NCBI GenBank assembly: GCA_018267545.1
Contig: JAFDYG010000465.1
Span: 15,556-79,555, forward strand
Direction of reading: 5' to 3'
DNA from: Bacteroidota bacterium
GTDB lineage: Bacteria; Bacteroidota; Bacteroidia; Chitinophagales; Chitinophagaceae
Length of the DNA: 64,000 nt
Shown: positions 9,567-18,757 of the stretch, one piece after another
Numbering within the stretch: position 1 is the stretch's first letter
How the letters are laid out: each line of letters opens with the position of its first letter
The notes under the pieces: generated by a model
Told to the model about the DNA's origin: nothing
The model's database searches: none
Seen by the model: the letters and a program-made list of their open reading frames with translations, nothing else
Program-made: the position numbers and the translations under genes

Positions 9567-10328
9567 TCATACTTTTTTCTTACCGGTAATAATCTTGCGT
9601 ATTCTAAAATCTACCTGATCGGCCGTATCTGCTTTGTCCTGGGAGGTTAAAATACATTCCAGGCTGCCTTCGGTTGAAAAGTCTGCTGTTAAGAACCCAT
9701 GTAGGTGTTTTGCAGAAGGTATTTTGTTTACCGATACGCCCGTAAATGGCTCAGCCTTTAGATGAAAATCCAAAAAGTATTTATCTTCACCTTCGACATG
9801 GATACTTAGATGCTCTTTGACCACCTTTAGTGTTCCACACAACCTCAATTCAGGTGCATTTACATGATAGCCAAACTCCGTCACTTCGACTGAGTCGAGC
9901 TTCTGATGAAAGATCACGGTAAAGGAAGTAGTTTTTTTATCTCTTTCTGAATAACAAAGGCCCTTATATTGAACAACGGGTAAGTTCGCATAAATCTCCT
10001 CTTTAAAATCGGCAAAGTCCTCATATCCAAGGAGTCTTGCAAAGGGCTCCACGCGGCGCGACGAAACAGTCCTTCCACGAGCATCCGTTCGAAAGAACAA
10101 AATTAATTCATAAAAAGACTTTACGAGCCCATAACTTTCCTGAGGGGTGAAGAACCTTGCGTATTCTAAAAGTGTTCGAACACAAAGATAACTTCTCTCA
10201 GACCCCTTAACTCCTAATATTTCAATGTCTGTTAAAGGCAGCACGTAACTTCCCCCACCTTTCTCCGCCAACAAATCCTTGAGACACTTATACAAATAAT
10301 CAAACTCAGCTTTTAAAATAAAAATCAT
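9567..10328 (-). CDS. Hypothetical protein (253 aa), AT-rich orphan
   Basis: A clean ORF with no recognisable motif. Its stop is 1 nt from the convergent crp-like stop. Confidence 0.45.
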   Translation of the reverse strand: MIFILKAEFDYLYKCLKDLLAEKGGGSYVLPLTDIEILGVKGSERSYLCVRTLLEYARFFTPQESYGLVKSFYELILFFRTDARGRTVSSRRVEPFARLLGYEDFADFKEEIYANLPVVQYKGLCYSERDKKTTSFTVIFHQKLDSVEVTEFGYHVNAPELRLCGTLKVVKEHLSIHVEGEDKYFLDFHLKAEPFTGVSVNKIPSAKHLHGFLTADFSTEGSLECILTSQDKADTADQVDFRIRKIITGKKKV

Positions 10329-10434
10329 TTTTACTATTTTTACGTCCTGCCTCTATTTATCTCCCTCTCTGAGCCATCTGCCCATTCAATCAACACACGT
10401 AGAAATAAATTAACCATTTAATAAACTGAAAACA

Positions 10435-10836
10435 ATGAACATCACACTCGCACAAGCAGAGGCCGCCATCAAGGCCGCCAAGGAAAAAGCCAAACATCTC
10501 AATACCCTCATGAATATCGCCGTGGTGGACGCCGGCACCAATCTGGTCGCCTTCGCCAAGATGGACGACGCCTGGCTTGGTTCCATCGACATCTCCATGC
10601 GCAAGGCCCGTACCGCGCGCTATTTCAACATGCCCACCGGCGAGATCGGTAAGCTGTCGCAGCCCGGGGGACCGCTTTATAACATCGAGCATTCGAATGG
10701 GGGCCTCATCACTTTCCCCGGCGGGGTTACCATTACCAATGATAAAGGCCTCATCATCGGCGCAATCGGCGTGTCGGGCAGTACTGTCGAGAACGACCAC
10801 GCCGTAGCAGAAGCAGGTGCCAACGCAGTAAAATAA
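10435..10836 (+). CDS. GlcG/HbpS-like haem-binding protein (DUF336)
   Basis: The 133-aa ORF carries the DUF336 signature GG...FPGGV.I...[23 protein letters not shown]. Confidence 0.8.
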   Translation: MNITLAQAEAAIKAAKEKAKHLNTLMNIAVVDAGTNLVAFAKMDDAWLGSIDISMRKARTARYFNMPTGEIGKLSQPGGPLYNIEHSNGGLITFPGGVTITNDKGLIIGAIGVSGSTVENDHAVAEAGANAVK

Positions 10837-10854
10837 TCTTTTACAGGGAGGTGG

Positions 10855-11826
10855 TTATCGACTTAGAGTAATGCCCATGAATGAATTATCGCCAATATAG
10901 CCCTCGATTTTGGAGTATTCCCGGCGAGTTACGTGGATGATTTCCAGTTTCAGACTTAAAGCGTGATTACTATATTGGTCGACCCTCTTCTTATCATAGT
11001 GCAAAGAGATATCCTTATCCGAAACGTTCCACCTCCCTGTAATCATTCCATCATGACTGTCATCAAAAGTAAAAGTCTTGTCTTCACGGAAAGTATATCG
11101 ACCGTTATGAGACAATTCGGCTCTGTCCCATGTACCTATCATAAAACCATTCGATATATATTCAATAGGGGTTACATTCTTGTTAGTATTCTCGAAGTAG
11201 GACCAGTAGACCCGGCTATTGGTGAAATATCCAAATGAAGCGCTATAGTTGTCTTTTTTAAAATCGGTGTAGCTGTCATGCGTTTGATTTAAACGTTCCC
11301 CAACTAATACAAAACCATTCTTCTTTGCTTCATCATATACCCTTAAATAGCCTTCTTTTGTTTTAGACTCATAGCGAACCGCTCCGTCCGAAAAGATCCG
11401 GATAAGCTCGTCGCCGCCGTCCCGGATGTATTTCTTCCCAAGATCATCACTGCCATTATTTTCGAAGTCCAGTTTTTCTATCTGCATCGGCATTTCGCTG
11501 TAAGACGTGTTAGCAATGTCGAGCAGTTGTTTCAAATGAACCTGCCGGTTTAATACCCACTGTTCATGTTCCTTCTGAAGCCTGCTTTCCTCGCGCTTCT
11601 GATAGAATAAATTAATAATATAATAAATACCATAAATTCCCAGAACGATGAAACCAATTTTTACGACCGTGGAAAGAACTTGCAGTCCTGTACGGATAAT
11701 TACATCCTTGGGATTCAGTTGATCATCTTTTAATTTTTTACCGGAGACAAACGTAAGGCCCAGGATAACAGCGGCGGGGATAACGGCGCCTGATATGAAA
11801 GACACAATCTCAGTAGGAGTCAGCAT
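10855..11826 (-). CDS. Hypothetical membrane-anchored protein (323 aa)
   Basis: It has two N-terminal hydrophobic helices and then a soluble domain. It is AT-rich and shows no recognisable motif. Confidence 0.45.
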   Translation of the reverse strand: MLTPTEIVSFISGAVIPAAVILGLTFVSGKKLKDDQLNPKDVIIRTGLQVLSTVVKIGFIVLGIYGIYYIINLFYQKREESRLQKEHEQWVLNRQVHLKQLLDIANTSYSEMPMQIEKLDFENNGSDDLGKKYIRDGGDELIRIFSDGAVRYESKTKEGYLRVYDEAKKNGFVLVGERLNQTHDSYTDFKKDNYSASFGYFTNSRVYWSYFENTNKNVTPIEYISNGFMIGTWDRAELSHNGRYTFREDKTFTFDDSHDGMITGRWNVSDKDISLHYDKKRVDQYSNHALSLKLEIIHVTRREYSKIEGYIGDNSFMGITLSR

Positions 11827-11959
11827 GGCGGGGGTATTGTACCGGACAAATTATGAATCATTGCCGAAAATTTCAGCCGTTAAAACACCCATTTTTTGTC
11901 ATTCCATATTCGGCGTTCGTCCTTTTCCACGCCGCGTATATGTTGCGTCGACTTGGTGA

Positions 11960-13408
11960 CTACTGTCCGCACACAGCTTCCACCTGGATCACCGACACTG
12001 GGTTGGGGCGCCAGGTCAACGGTGTAAATGCAAAGACCGCTCCATAGACGACGGTATCTATCTTGTCATCGGTGACGGAGAAGTGATTATTCTCCAGCTG
12101 TAGGGTCGAAGGTGGATTGACGTATGTGTCGATACAAGGTTTACCCGCGGCATCATTCCGGACCACTTCGAAACCGTTGCTCTCCCCAAAGTTCCCGCCA
12201 AAATTACACACATAATAGAGCGCGCGGTCGGTCGCGTCGAATAAAGACATGCCGCCCCTGTCTGTACCGATGTCAAAAACATAAATGGTCTTGTTGGCGC
12301 TTTTCAGGTTAAGGCTGCCATCGATCACATACGTGCAGAGGTCACGGTTACCACAGGTGGAAAGATAAAGATTACCCTGGTACCAATTAACCTGGTTTAT
12401 TTGATAAAGCCATGCTCCGCCCGCGGTGGACGATCGGCCCCGGGAGGTGCGTACGTCCCCGTTGGGGGCAAGCAAGGCAAAGTAAGGATTGGGTGCAAGC
12501 GGACTCGAGAAAGCCTGGTCTGCCATTAGCAGCTGGTCGTCTCCCGCATTGATCAGCTGGACGGGACGAACGACCGAAGTATTGCCGTCCAGTTTATAAA
12601 CGCGGGCAAACTGCAGTTTGCCACCCGCATCCAGTTTGTAGAGCCGGTCGGATCCCCCGACGCCGGAAACAGACCCATTGCTGCTCGTCGCAAAAAAGAT
12701 GCTACCATCGGAGGTCTCTGCCAACGCGTGACTCTCCGGGCTGAGCAGGTTGGGCTTCGTATAGAAGTCATCGTCGATTCCTCCGTAGGTATATCCCAGG
12801 GTCGTTGACCAGAGTGCCTGTCCGGCCGGGCTCACCCGGAAGACCTTCAGCCCTCCCCCCGATTTAGCCAAAAGAGCCAGATCGCCGTTTCGAAGCGTAG
12901 TAAGCGAGTACGCCCGCCATCCGGAATTATTGCTGAAACCGTTCGACCAAACAATATTACCGGACCTGTCCAGCTTCACCAGGAACAGACTTGCCGATTC
13001 TATGCCGGTAAAACTATGTCCCGCCACCCATACGTTCCCATCGTTATCCATCGTAGCGCAGGTTATGATCTGAATAGAATAGGAATCGTTAAGATCGTAG
13101 GATTTGACCCAATTGACCTGTCCCGAGGTCTTGTTGATGGAGGCGATGCGAAAACCCCTTGCATCATTAAGTTCTTCAAACCCCCGACTGGCTACCATGA
13201 TCTGTGTATTCGGGTCACCTTTCGACGGCCAATAGCCTAGCGCATGCTGAAACGACGCCAGCGTACCCGAAATCTGCTTCTCCTGCATGTGGACGTCCTT
13301 AAAGTAGGGATGCACGTTACTGTCGTAAGTAGGGGTATTGTTGCTATTGTGTTTCTTACAGGCGCATAGCAACGCCAGGGCGATAAGGAATAGGGAAGAT
13401 TTTTTCAT
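11960..13408 (-). CDS. Lipoprotein, probable beta-propeller
   Basis: It has a lipobox signal peptide (MKKSSLFLIALALLCAC). Recurrent G-[ND]-x-[VL]-W / DGS motifs suggest propeller blades. Confidence 0.55.
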   Translation of the reverse strand: MKKSSLFLIALALLCACKKHNSNNTPTYDSNVHPYFKDVHMQEKQISGTLASFQHALGYWPSKGDPNTQIMVASRGFEELNDARGFRIASINKTSGQVNWVKSYDLNDSYSIQIITCATMDNDGNVWVAGHSFTGIESASLFLVKLDRSGNIVWSNGFSNNSGWRAYSLTTLRNGDLALLAKSGGGLKVFRVSPAGQALWSTTLGYTYGGIDDDFYTKPNLLSPESHALAETSDGSIFFATSSNGSVSGVGGSDRLYKLDAGGKLQFARVYKLDGNTSVVRPVQLINAGDDQLLMADQAFSSPLAPNPYFALLAPNGDVRTSRGRSSTAGGAWLYQINQVNWYQGNLYLSTCGNRDLCTYVIDGSLNLKSANKTIYVFDIGTDRGGMSLFDATDRALYYVCNFGGNFGESNGFEVVRNDAAGKPCIDTYVNPPSTLQLENNHFSVTDDKIDTVVYGAVFAFTPLTWRPNPVSVIQVEAVCGQ

Positions 13409-13410
13409 AA

Positions 13411-14298
13411 CTATACGTGTGCTCTACGGAATTCGTCGGGAGTTACCCCCTCATATTTCTTAAAGAAACGATTAAAATAGGAATTATCCTGAAAATTTAA
13501 TTCGTAGGCAATCTGCGTCGCGGTCATGTCGGCGTTAGTGAGCAGACGCTTTGCTTCCAGGAGCACCCGGTCGCGGATGACTTCGCCTGCAGACCGGCCG
13601 AGTAGCTCCTGACACAACGCATTGAGATGATTCGGAGTAATGAAGAGCAGCTCCGCATATTCGCTCGGCCGCCGGAGCGTCTTATAGTGCTGCTCGACAA
13701 GTTTCTTAAGATTCTGCAGCACCTGCTGCTTCTGCGAAACCGCAGGAGGATGGTGTGATTGGGCCGTTTCGATATTAGCCTGTATGGTAAGAAAGATCTG
13801 TAGCAGCTGCGTCCGCAACAGATCCGGATCCCGCTCCGCATGATTACGATAGTGCTCCAGCATGCTGTCGAAAATCGCATAGACCTTTTCCCGAAGCGGC
13901 GACTCCATCTGAATCACCGAATCGGCTGCATTGCCGCTAAAGAAACTAAACCGGTCCAGGTAATTCGGGCTCAGCAGGAAGCTCTGCAGGAACCGCTCGG
14001 AAAAATTGACGACGTACCCATCCGGGTGAACATCGAAGCTCCAGCTATGCACCTGCCCCGGAGTCATAAAATATATCTGCCCGGGCTCCACCAAAAACTT
14101 CGTAAAGTCGATCGAATGACTCCCTGCCCCCCCGGTGAAACACACTAAATGATAAAAAACATGACGATGAGCATTGTGCAGATGCGGAGACTGCCGGCCC
14201 AGGTACGGACCAAACTGCTCGATCATAAAATCCCCCGGGTCCAGTGGCCTGGCCGTCAGGTTGCCGATATTATAGACGGGTATCTTCTCTTTCGCCAT
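13411..14298 (-). CDS. AraC family transcriptional regulator (cupin + HTH)
   Basis: The C-terminal AraC HTH is present (ATQIAYELNFQDNSYFNRFFKKYEGVTPDEFR). I place the start at ATG 14298 (MAKEKIPVYNIG) rather than at the 11-codon upstream extension in the ORF track. Confidence 0.85.
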   Translation of the reverse strand: MAKEKIPVYNIGNLTARPLDPGDFMIEQFGPYLGRQSPHLHNAHRHVFYHLVCFTGGAGSHSIDFTKFLVEPGQIYFMTPGQVHSWSFDVHPDGYVVNFSERFLQSFLLSPNYLDRFSFFSGNAADSVIQMESPLREKVYAIFDSMLEHYRNHAERDPDLLRTQLLQIFLTIQANIETAQSHHPPAVSQKQQVLQNLKKLVEQHYKTLRRPSEYAELLFITPNHLNALCQELLGRSAGEVIRDRVLLEAKRLLTNADMTATQIAYELNFQDNSYFNRFFKKYEGVTPDEFRRAHV

Positions 14299-14355
14299 AA
14301 AAAAAGCCGCCTGGACGAGGCCCACCCCCATCCAGACGGCTCAAAGATCAGGATT

Positions 14356-15351
14356 TTATCCTAAATGTTTCTTCAGCTCCGCCGCAGCGTGCAGAATCAA
14401 CGATTTTGTCCCATTTTCATTCGCCAGTCCATTCAGCATCCCCCAGTCGTGGATCATCCCGTTGTACCGGATCGTCGTCACCGTCACGCCGGCTTCTTCC
14501 AGCTTGCGGCCATAGGCTTCACCTTCATCCCGGAGGATGTCGTTTTCAGCTACCTGGATCAGCACCGGGGGCATCCCCTTCAGCTCTTCCAGGCTGGCGT
14601 TGATCAGAGAGGCATATTTTTCTTTCCGGGCCTCGAGGTCGGTGGTATATTGGTCCCACATCCACTTCATCAGGGGCGTGGTGAGGAAGCGCTGGGCGCC
14701 ATAGCGTTCATAAGACTCTTGCTCGAACGTCGCGTCTGCAACCGGCCACATCATGATATGGAATTTCACCTTGAATTCTCCTTTTTCCTTGGCCATCAAC
14801 GTCGTAACGCCGGTCATGTTCCCACCGACGCTATTACCGACGATGGCGAGATTCCCGCCATCTACCCCGATCTCCGAGCCATTTTCGGCCACCCATTTAG
14901 CGGCAGCATAGATTTCATTGATCGCCTGGGGATACCTCGCCTCGGGTGAAGGGGTATAGTTCACAAATACGGCGGCATACCCGCTTGCGACAACCAGATC
15001 GCGGACCAGCCGGCGGTGCGTCGGATAGTCCCCCAGGATCCATCCGCCACCGTGGATAAAAATAAATACGGGCAGCACCCCAGTAGCACCCTCGGGCTTG
15101 ACGATGTTCAGATTGATCGTAAACCCACCGGCTTCGATGGTCTTTTCAGACTCCGCAATACCGGAATAGTCAACATTAAAGGCTTTCTGCGCATCGATGA
15201 GGACCTGACGTGCAGCTAGTTTAGGCAGACTTTCAACAGGCTTACCACCAGGCGCATTGACGATCTTCAAAAATTCTTTTACGCCGGGAGTCAGGTGTTC
15301 GTCGACCAGGTAATCGACGGGTGTGATGACGGAAGAAGTGGCTGTGCTCAT
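14356..15351 (-). CDS. Alpha/beta hydrolase, hormone-sensitive-lipase-type esterase
   Basis: It has the HGGGW oxyanion motif, the nucleophile elbow GNSVGG, and downstream Asp/His (ENDILRDE, MIHDW). Confidence 0.85.
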   Translation of the reverse strand: MSTATSSVITPVDYLVDEHLTPGVKEFLKIVNAPGGKPVESLPKLAARQVLIDAQKAFNVDYSGIAESEKTIEAGGFTINLNIVKPEGATGVLPVFIFIHGGGWILGDYPTHRRLVRDLVVASGYAAVFVNYTPSPEARYPQAINEIYAAAKWVAENGSEIGVDGGNLAIVGNSVGGNMTGVTTLMAKEKGEFKVKFHIMMWPVADATFEQESYERYGAQRFLTTPLMKWMWDQYTTDLEARKEKYASLINASLEELKGMPPVLIQVAENDILRDEGEAYGRKLEEAGVTVTTIRYNGMIHDWGMLNGLANENGTKSLILHAAAELKKHLG

Positions 15352-15422
15352 ATCTTTTCGGTTTTGATTGTGATTGATACAGCAAAGCTAGGACCACCTC
15401 AGACCCCGGGAAATGTCATAGT

Positions 15423-15965
15423 TTAAGACTTAGGCTTAATGTAGGTTAAGAAAAGCCACCGCACCCCTATAAAAATACTAACCAGCGCATTCGAGATAAA
15501 AAAGATGGTTTTTACCGTAGTGGCGAAAGCCGTCAGGTAAGGCAGCCACGAAATATCCGTACACAAATACGTCGCAAAAGAAAAATTCTCGGTGTAATCC
15601 AGCCCCATCCCAATCCAGATAGCAGCCACCATGATCTTCTTATACCGCCCATTCCAGCAAAAACGAACAATACTTAGCATTGTCAACGTGTAAACTATCG
15701 GATACACCAGGTCCACCAAAAAGAAGCTTCTAAAATATCCCGCCTTATTATAGTAGAGATGGGCCGCATCCTGAACGTACTGCCAGCAAAACCAACGGCA
15801 GCTCCCGCCATCCAGCAGCTGCGTATCGATCGGATGACTGCAAAGCGGGTCATCCCAACAAGAAGACTTCAAATACAAATGACCAATACCATGAAAGATA
15901 AATCGGAATACAACTACTAACAAAATGTAAGGAACAATGAGCCTGGGGCTTGTCAATTTCTTCAT
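15423..15965 (-). CDS. Small polytopic membrane protein (180 aa), last gene of the MoxR/patatin operon
   Basis: It has 4-5 hydrophobic helices and a Cys/Trp-rich loop (CWDDPLCSHP...CRWFCW). Its ATG overlaps the patatin gene stop (ATGA, 15962..15965). Confidence 0.55.
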   Translation of the reverse strand: MKKLTSPRLIVPYILLVVVFRFIFHGIGHLYLKSSCWDDPLCSHPIDTQLLDGGSCRWFCWQYVQDAAHLYYNKAGYFRSFFLVDLVYPIVYTLTMLSIVRFCWNGRYKKIMVAAIWIGMGLDYTENFSFATYLCTDISWLPYLTAFATTVKTIFFISNALVSIFIGVRWLFLTYIKPKS

Positions 15966-18745
15966 GGTCCTACGGTTTTGAATTGTTGGCTGAGGGTTTG
16001 AATAAGGGGATTGCTATCCAGACGTTGATCGATCCGGCGCCGGGTCGTATCGGACATAAACCAGTTCATCGAATAGGGCGGTTCTTTTTTCAAAGAATCT
16101 TTACCCATCTCCACCGCATCTTTATACAGCGAAATCTGCAAATATTCGGTCGGAATAGCCTCTTCAGCGCTAACGTCTTTTAAATACTGCCGAAGCCGGC
16201 CGTCATTGACCGTCGTCTGCATATCATAGGCTCCCACGATCGTCACTAGCGGAGCAAAGAGGTCGTTCTTGATCGGCGCTACGGCCTCCAGCTTTTCCGT
16301 TTCGATGACCGGGCTATTCAGTACATGCAGCACCACCAGCCGCAATCGCTGCAGCCTCTTCCGCACAACCGAATCCTGCCGTCCCAGAACCATCATACCC
16401 CGAATCAGCTCCTGCACCGCACCGGCTCCGGAATTATCGAAGTAGCCCCCGTCGACAAAATAATCCGGGCCAATCTTTCCGGCCGGGCTTAAGTACGGGA
16501 ATCGCGCCCCCAGAATAGCCGCAGACGCCAGGCTGATATCGCTGCTATCCGCATCCAGCAAGCCGATGGCGTCGACCCGCCGGTTAAACCGCTGCGAATC
16601 GGGAATGATATTCGCCACCAGACCGGGATTACCGTCCTGCATCCGGGTCGTATTGACGAAGAGCACGGGCAGCACGGCCTTGCCGCTGCCGTCCAGCGCG
16701 CCGAACGACGTAAACGGTTGCTTGAAACCAGGATTGTACAAGGTATCGTTGTCCGCGGGCGAATATTTTTCGAAAGAGTTTTCCAGCACCGCCCCCCGAT
16801 CCTCGAAGAACGGAAGGTGCAGGATATAGTTGAAATAGTCCGGTCCCAGCATACGCGCAGCCGTAAACGAAAAATAGTCCTGCTTCAGAAAACTCTTTGC
16901 GCTGCGCTCATATAGGTTCATTCCAGGGAAGCGCTTGTCGCATAACAATCCATAGAAAGTAGCAACCCCCACCCCTCCACCGGAAGTACCGGACAGACAA
17001 AAGACGTGGTCTGAAAACCTTTGCCCCGGACTACTCGGAGAATTATCCTGAAGCCTGCCAAGCGCAGCCGCCGTCCAGTAGCCAGAACGCGAGGCTCCCC
17101 CATTGGATAGGACGAAGTAGACATTGTAACGGCTGGTGTCGTTGTCGGGAACCCGCTGAAGCCATGCCCTTAGGTACTGTTCGAAGGAAGGCCGCTGAAC
17201 GTGGGCGCTAGCTTCCATCGCCATCGTCCGCACCTTGTGCGTTTCGTTGAGACCGATAAAGAACGCGCACAGAAGCAGGATCAAATGCAGATTCACCTTA
17301 TATTTTACCGAAAAGGCCGTGACAAGATTGATAAACGCCAGCAATACGCTAAAGCCGAAGAGCACCAAGGTAAAGGGCCCAAGAAACCGGGCCACCGAAA
17401 TGAACAGGATGGCCGCTGCGTCGAACAGGAGCGCGGCGACGCTTAGAATATTGAACCATTTGAAGTATCCTTTCTCTTCCGGGTCAATCTTGAAATAGTT
17501 CATAACTCGCTGGAAATTGGTCCGCCCCGGCGTACCCTGCCCACCGGACCGCCCACCCTGTCTATAAGCCCTGGAGGACGGGGACGGAGAAGCAACGTGA
17601 TGCAAGTTGATATAAAAGAAATAAACCGTCTCATACAGCAGCATCAACAAAATAAGCAGATACCAGTGCTTAAAGAAATCCACCTCGACGATACAGGCAA
17701 TCAGGGCCAGCGCGAGGAAGGTCCAAAAGATCTTCCAGAACGCGCTCCTAAGTCGTTTGATAACACTATTATCCTGCATGGACCGGTCTTCCAGCCGTAT
17801 CCTAATCTTCTTATCCACAAAATAAAGCGCCAGGGGAATGGCAATCAAAATGCCCCAGGCGGCGATGCCAGGAAGAGGGCTTTTTAATAACGGCGACTGC
17901 AGTAGCGCCAAATTCACGACAAGAAAACAAGCGTGGCCCGCTATCCGCGGATAAGCATCGTAATAAGGATTGTCGTCCTCCTTTCCTCTCTCTCGTTGGT
18001 GGTGCTGCCGGATAAGCGCAATCACCCTCGAGGAATACCAGCTGATATACACCCAGAAACCGACGACGATAAAAAAGGAAAGCAGCCGCCAATTAATCAG
18101 ACCGGCGGGATGCGGCTCAACGAATGCAACCAGAATATCCCTACCCTGACCAAGCCCCCAGAAGCACGCAATCGTCAGAAAGATAAACACCAACGAAGGA
18201 AAGAAAAGCCACAACGCAGCCATCAATCCCGATATGCGGCCCACCATCGAAGGCGTGATCATCGCATACAGCAGCGGCGCCACACCCAGGATCAGCAACC
18301 ACCACTTGAAAATCGTATACCATAGCAGACTCCAGACCGGCCCCGTCGACGACACGAAGTGATAGATGAGGCTGTCCTGGATGACGTCGATCAGCGTACC
18401 CAAGATAAACAGGACCATTCCGACCCGAAGCGCCACCACCACCCGCGGCTTGATGCCCTTCTTTTTCCTTATCTCGCGTAATATCAAAAAACAAATGGAA
18501 GGGCAATAAACCAGGATCAGCACGTAATCCAAAATAACAATATTCCTCACAGCGGATGCCCGCTCCGGCGCCTCCCTCCAATACCGCATGATCTGCCGGG
18601 TCTCGCCATCGGCGCTCCGGTTGAAGCTGAGGTAATCGAGCTCCGGGTGCTTACCCGAGGCCTGTTTGTTCTGGTGCGCTATCAGAGCCACCAGCAGGGC
18701 GATGATCGCCAGGACCAGCAGGGGAAAGAGGATTTGTTTGCGCAT
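15962..18745 (-). CDS. Polytopic membrane protein fused to a C-terminal patatin-like phospholipase
   Basis: The N-terminal ~520 aa contain about a dozen hydrophobic helices. The C-terminal domain has the patatin motifs SNGGASRSG (17081..17104), GTSGG (16976..16990) and the Asp motif VDGGYFDNSG (~16434..16456). Confidence 0.8.
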   Translation of the reverse strand: MRKQILFPLLVLAIIALLVALIAHQNKQASGKHPELDYLSFNRSADGETRQIMRYWREAPERASAVRNIVILDYVLILVYCPSICFLILREIRKKKGIKPRVVVALRVGMVLFILGTLIDVIQDSLIYHFVSSTGPVWSLLWYTIFKWWLLILGVAPLLYAMITPSMVGRISGLMAALWLFFPSLVFIFLTIACFWGLGQGRDILVAFVEPHPAGLINWRLLSFFIVVGFWVYISWYSSRVIALIRQHHQRERGKEDDNPYYDAYPRIAGHACFLVVNLALLQSPLLKSPLPGIAAWGILIAIPLALYFVDKKIRIRLEDRSMQDNSVIKRLRSAFWKIFWTFLALALIACIVEVDFFKHWYLLILLMLLYETVYFFYINLHHVASPSPSSRAYRQGGRSGGQGTPGRTNFQRVMNYFKIDPEEKGYFKWFNILSVAALLFDAAAILFISVARFLGPFTLVLFGFSVLLAFINLVTAFSVKYKVNLHLILLLCAFFIGLNETHKVRTMAMEASAHVQRPSFEQYLRAWLQRVPDNDTSRYNVYFVLSNGGASRSGYWTAAALGRLQDNSPSSPGQRFSDHVFCLSGTSGGGVGVATFYGLLCDKRFPGMNLYERSAKSFLKQDYFSFTAARMLGPDYFNYILHLPFFEDRGAVLENSFEKYSPADNDTLYNPGFKQPFTSFGALDGSGKAVLPVLFVNTTRMQDGNPGLVANIIPDSQRFNRRVDAIGLLDADSSDISLASAAILGARFPYLSPAGKIGPDYFVDGGYFDNSGAGAVQELIRGMMVLGRQDSVVRKRLQRLRLVVLHVLNSPVIETEKLEAVAPIKNDLFAPLVTIVGAYDMQTTVNDGRLRQYLKDVSAEEAIPTEYLQISLYKDAVEMGKDSLKKEPPYSMNWFMSDTTRRRIDQRLDSNPLIQTLSQQFKTVGP

Positions 18746-18757
18746 ATTGGAGATAGA

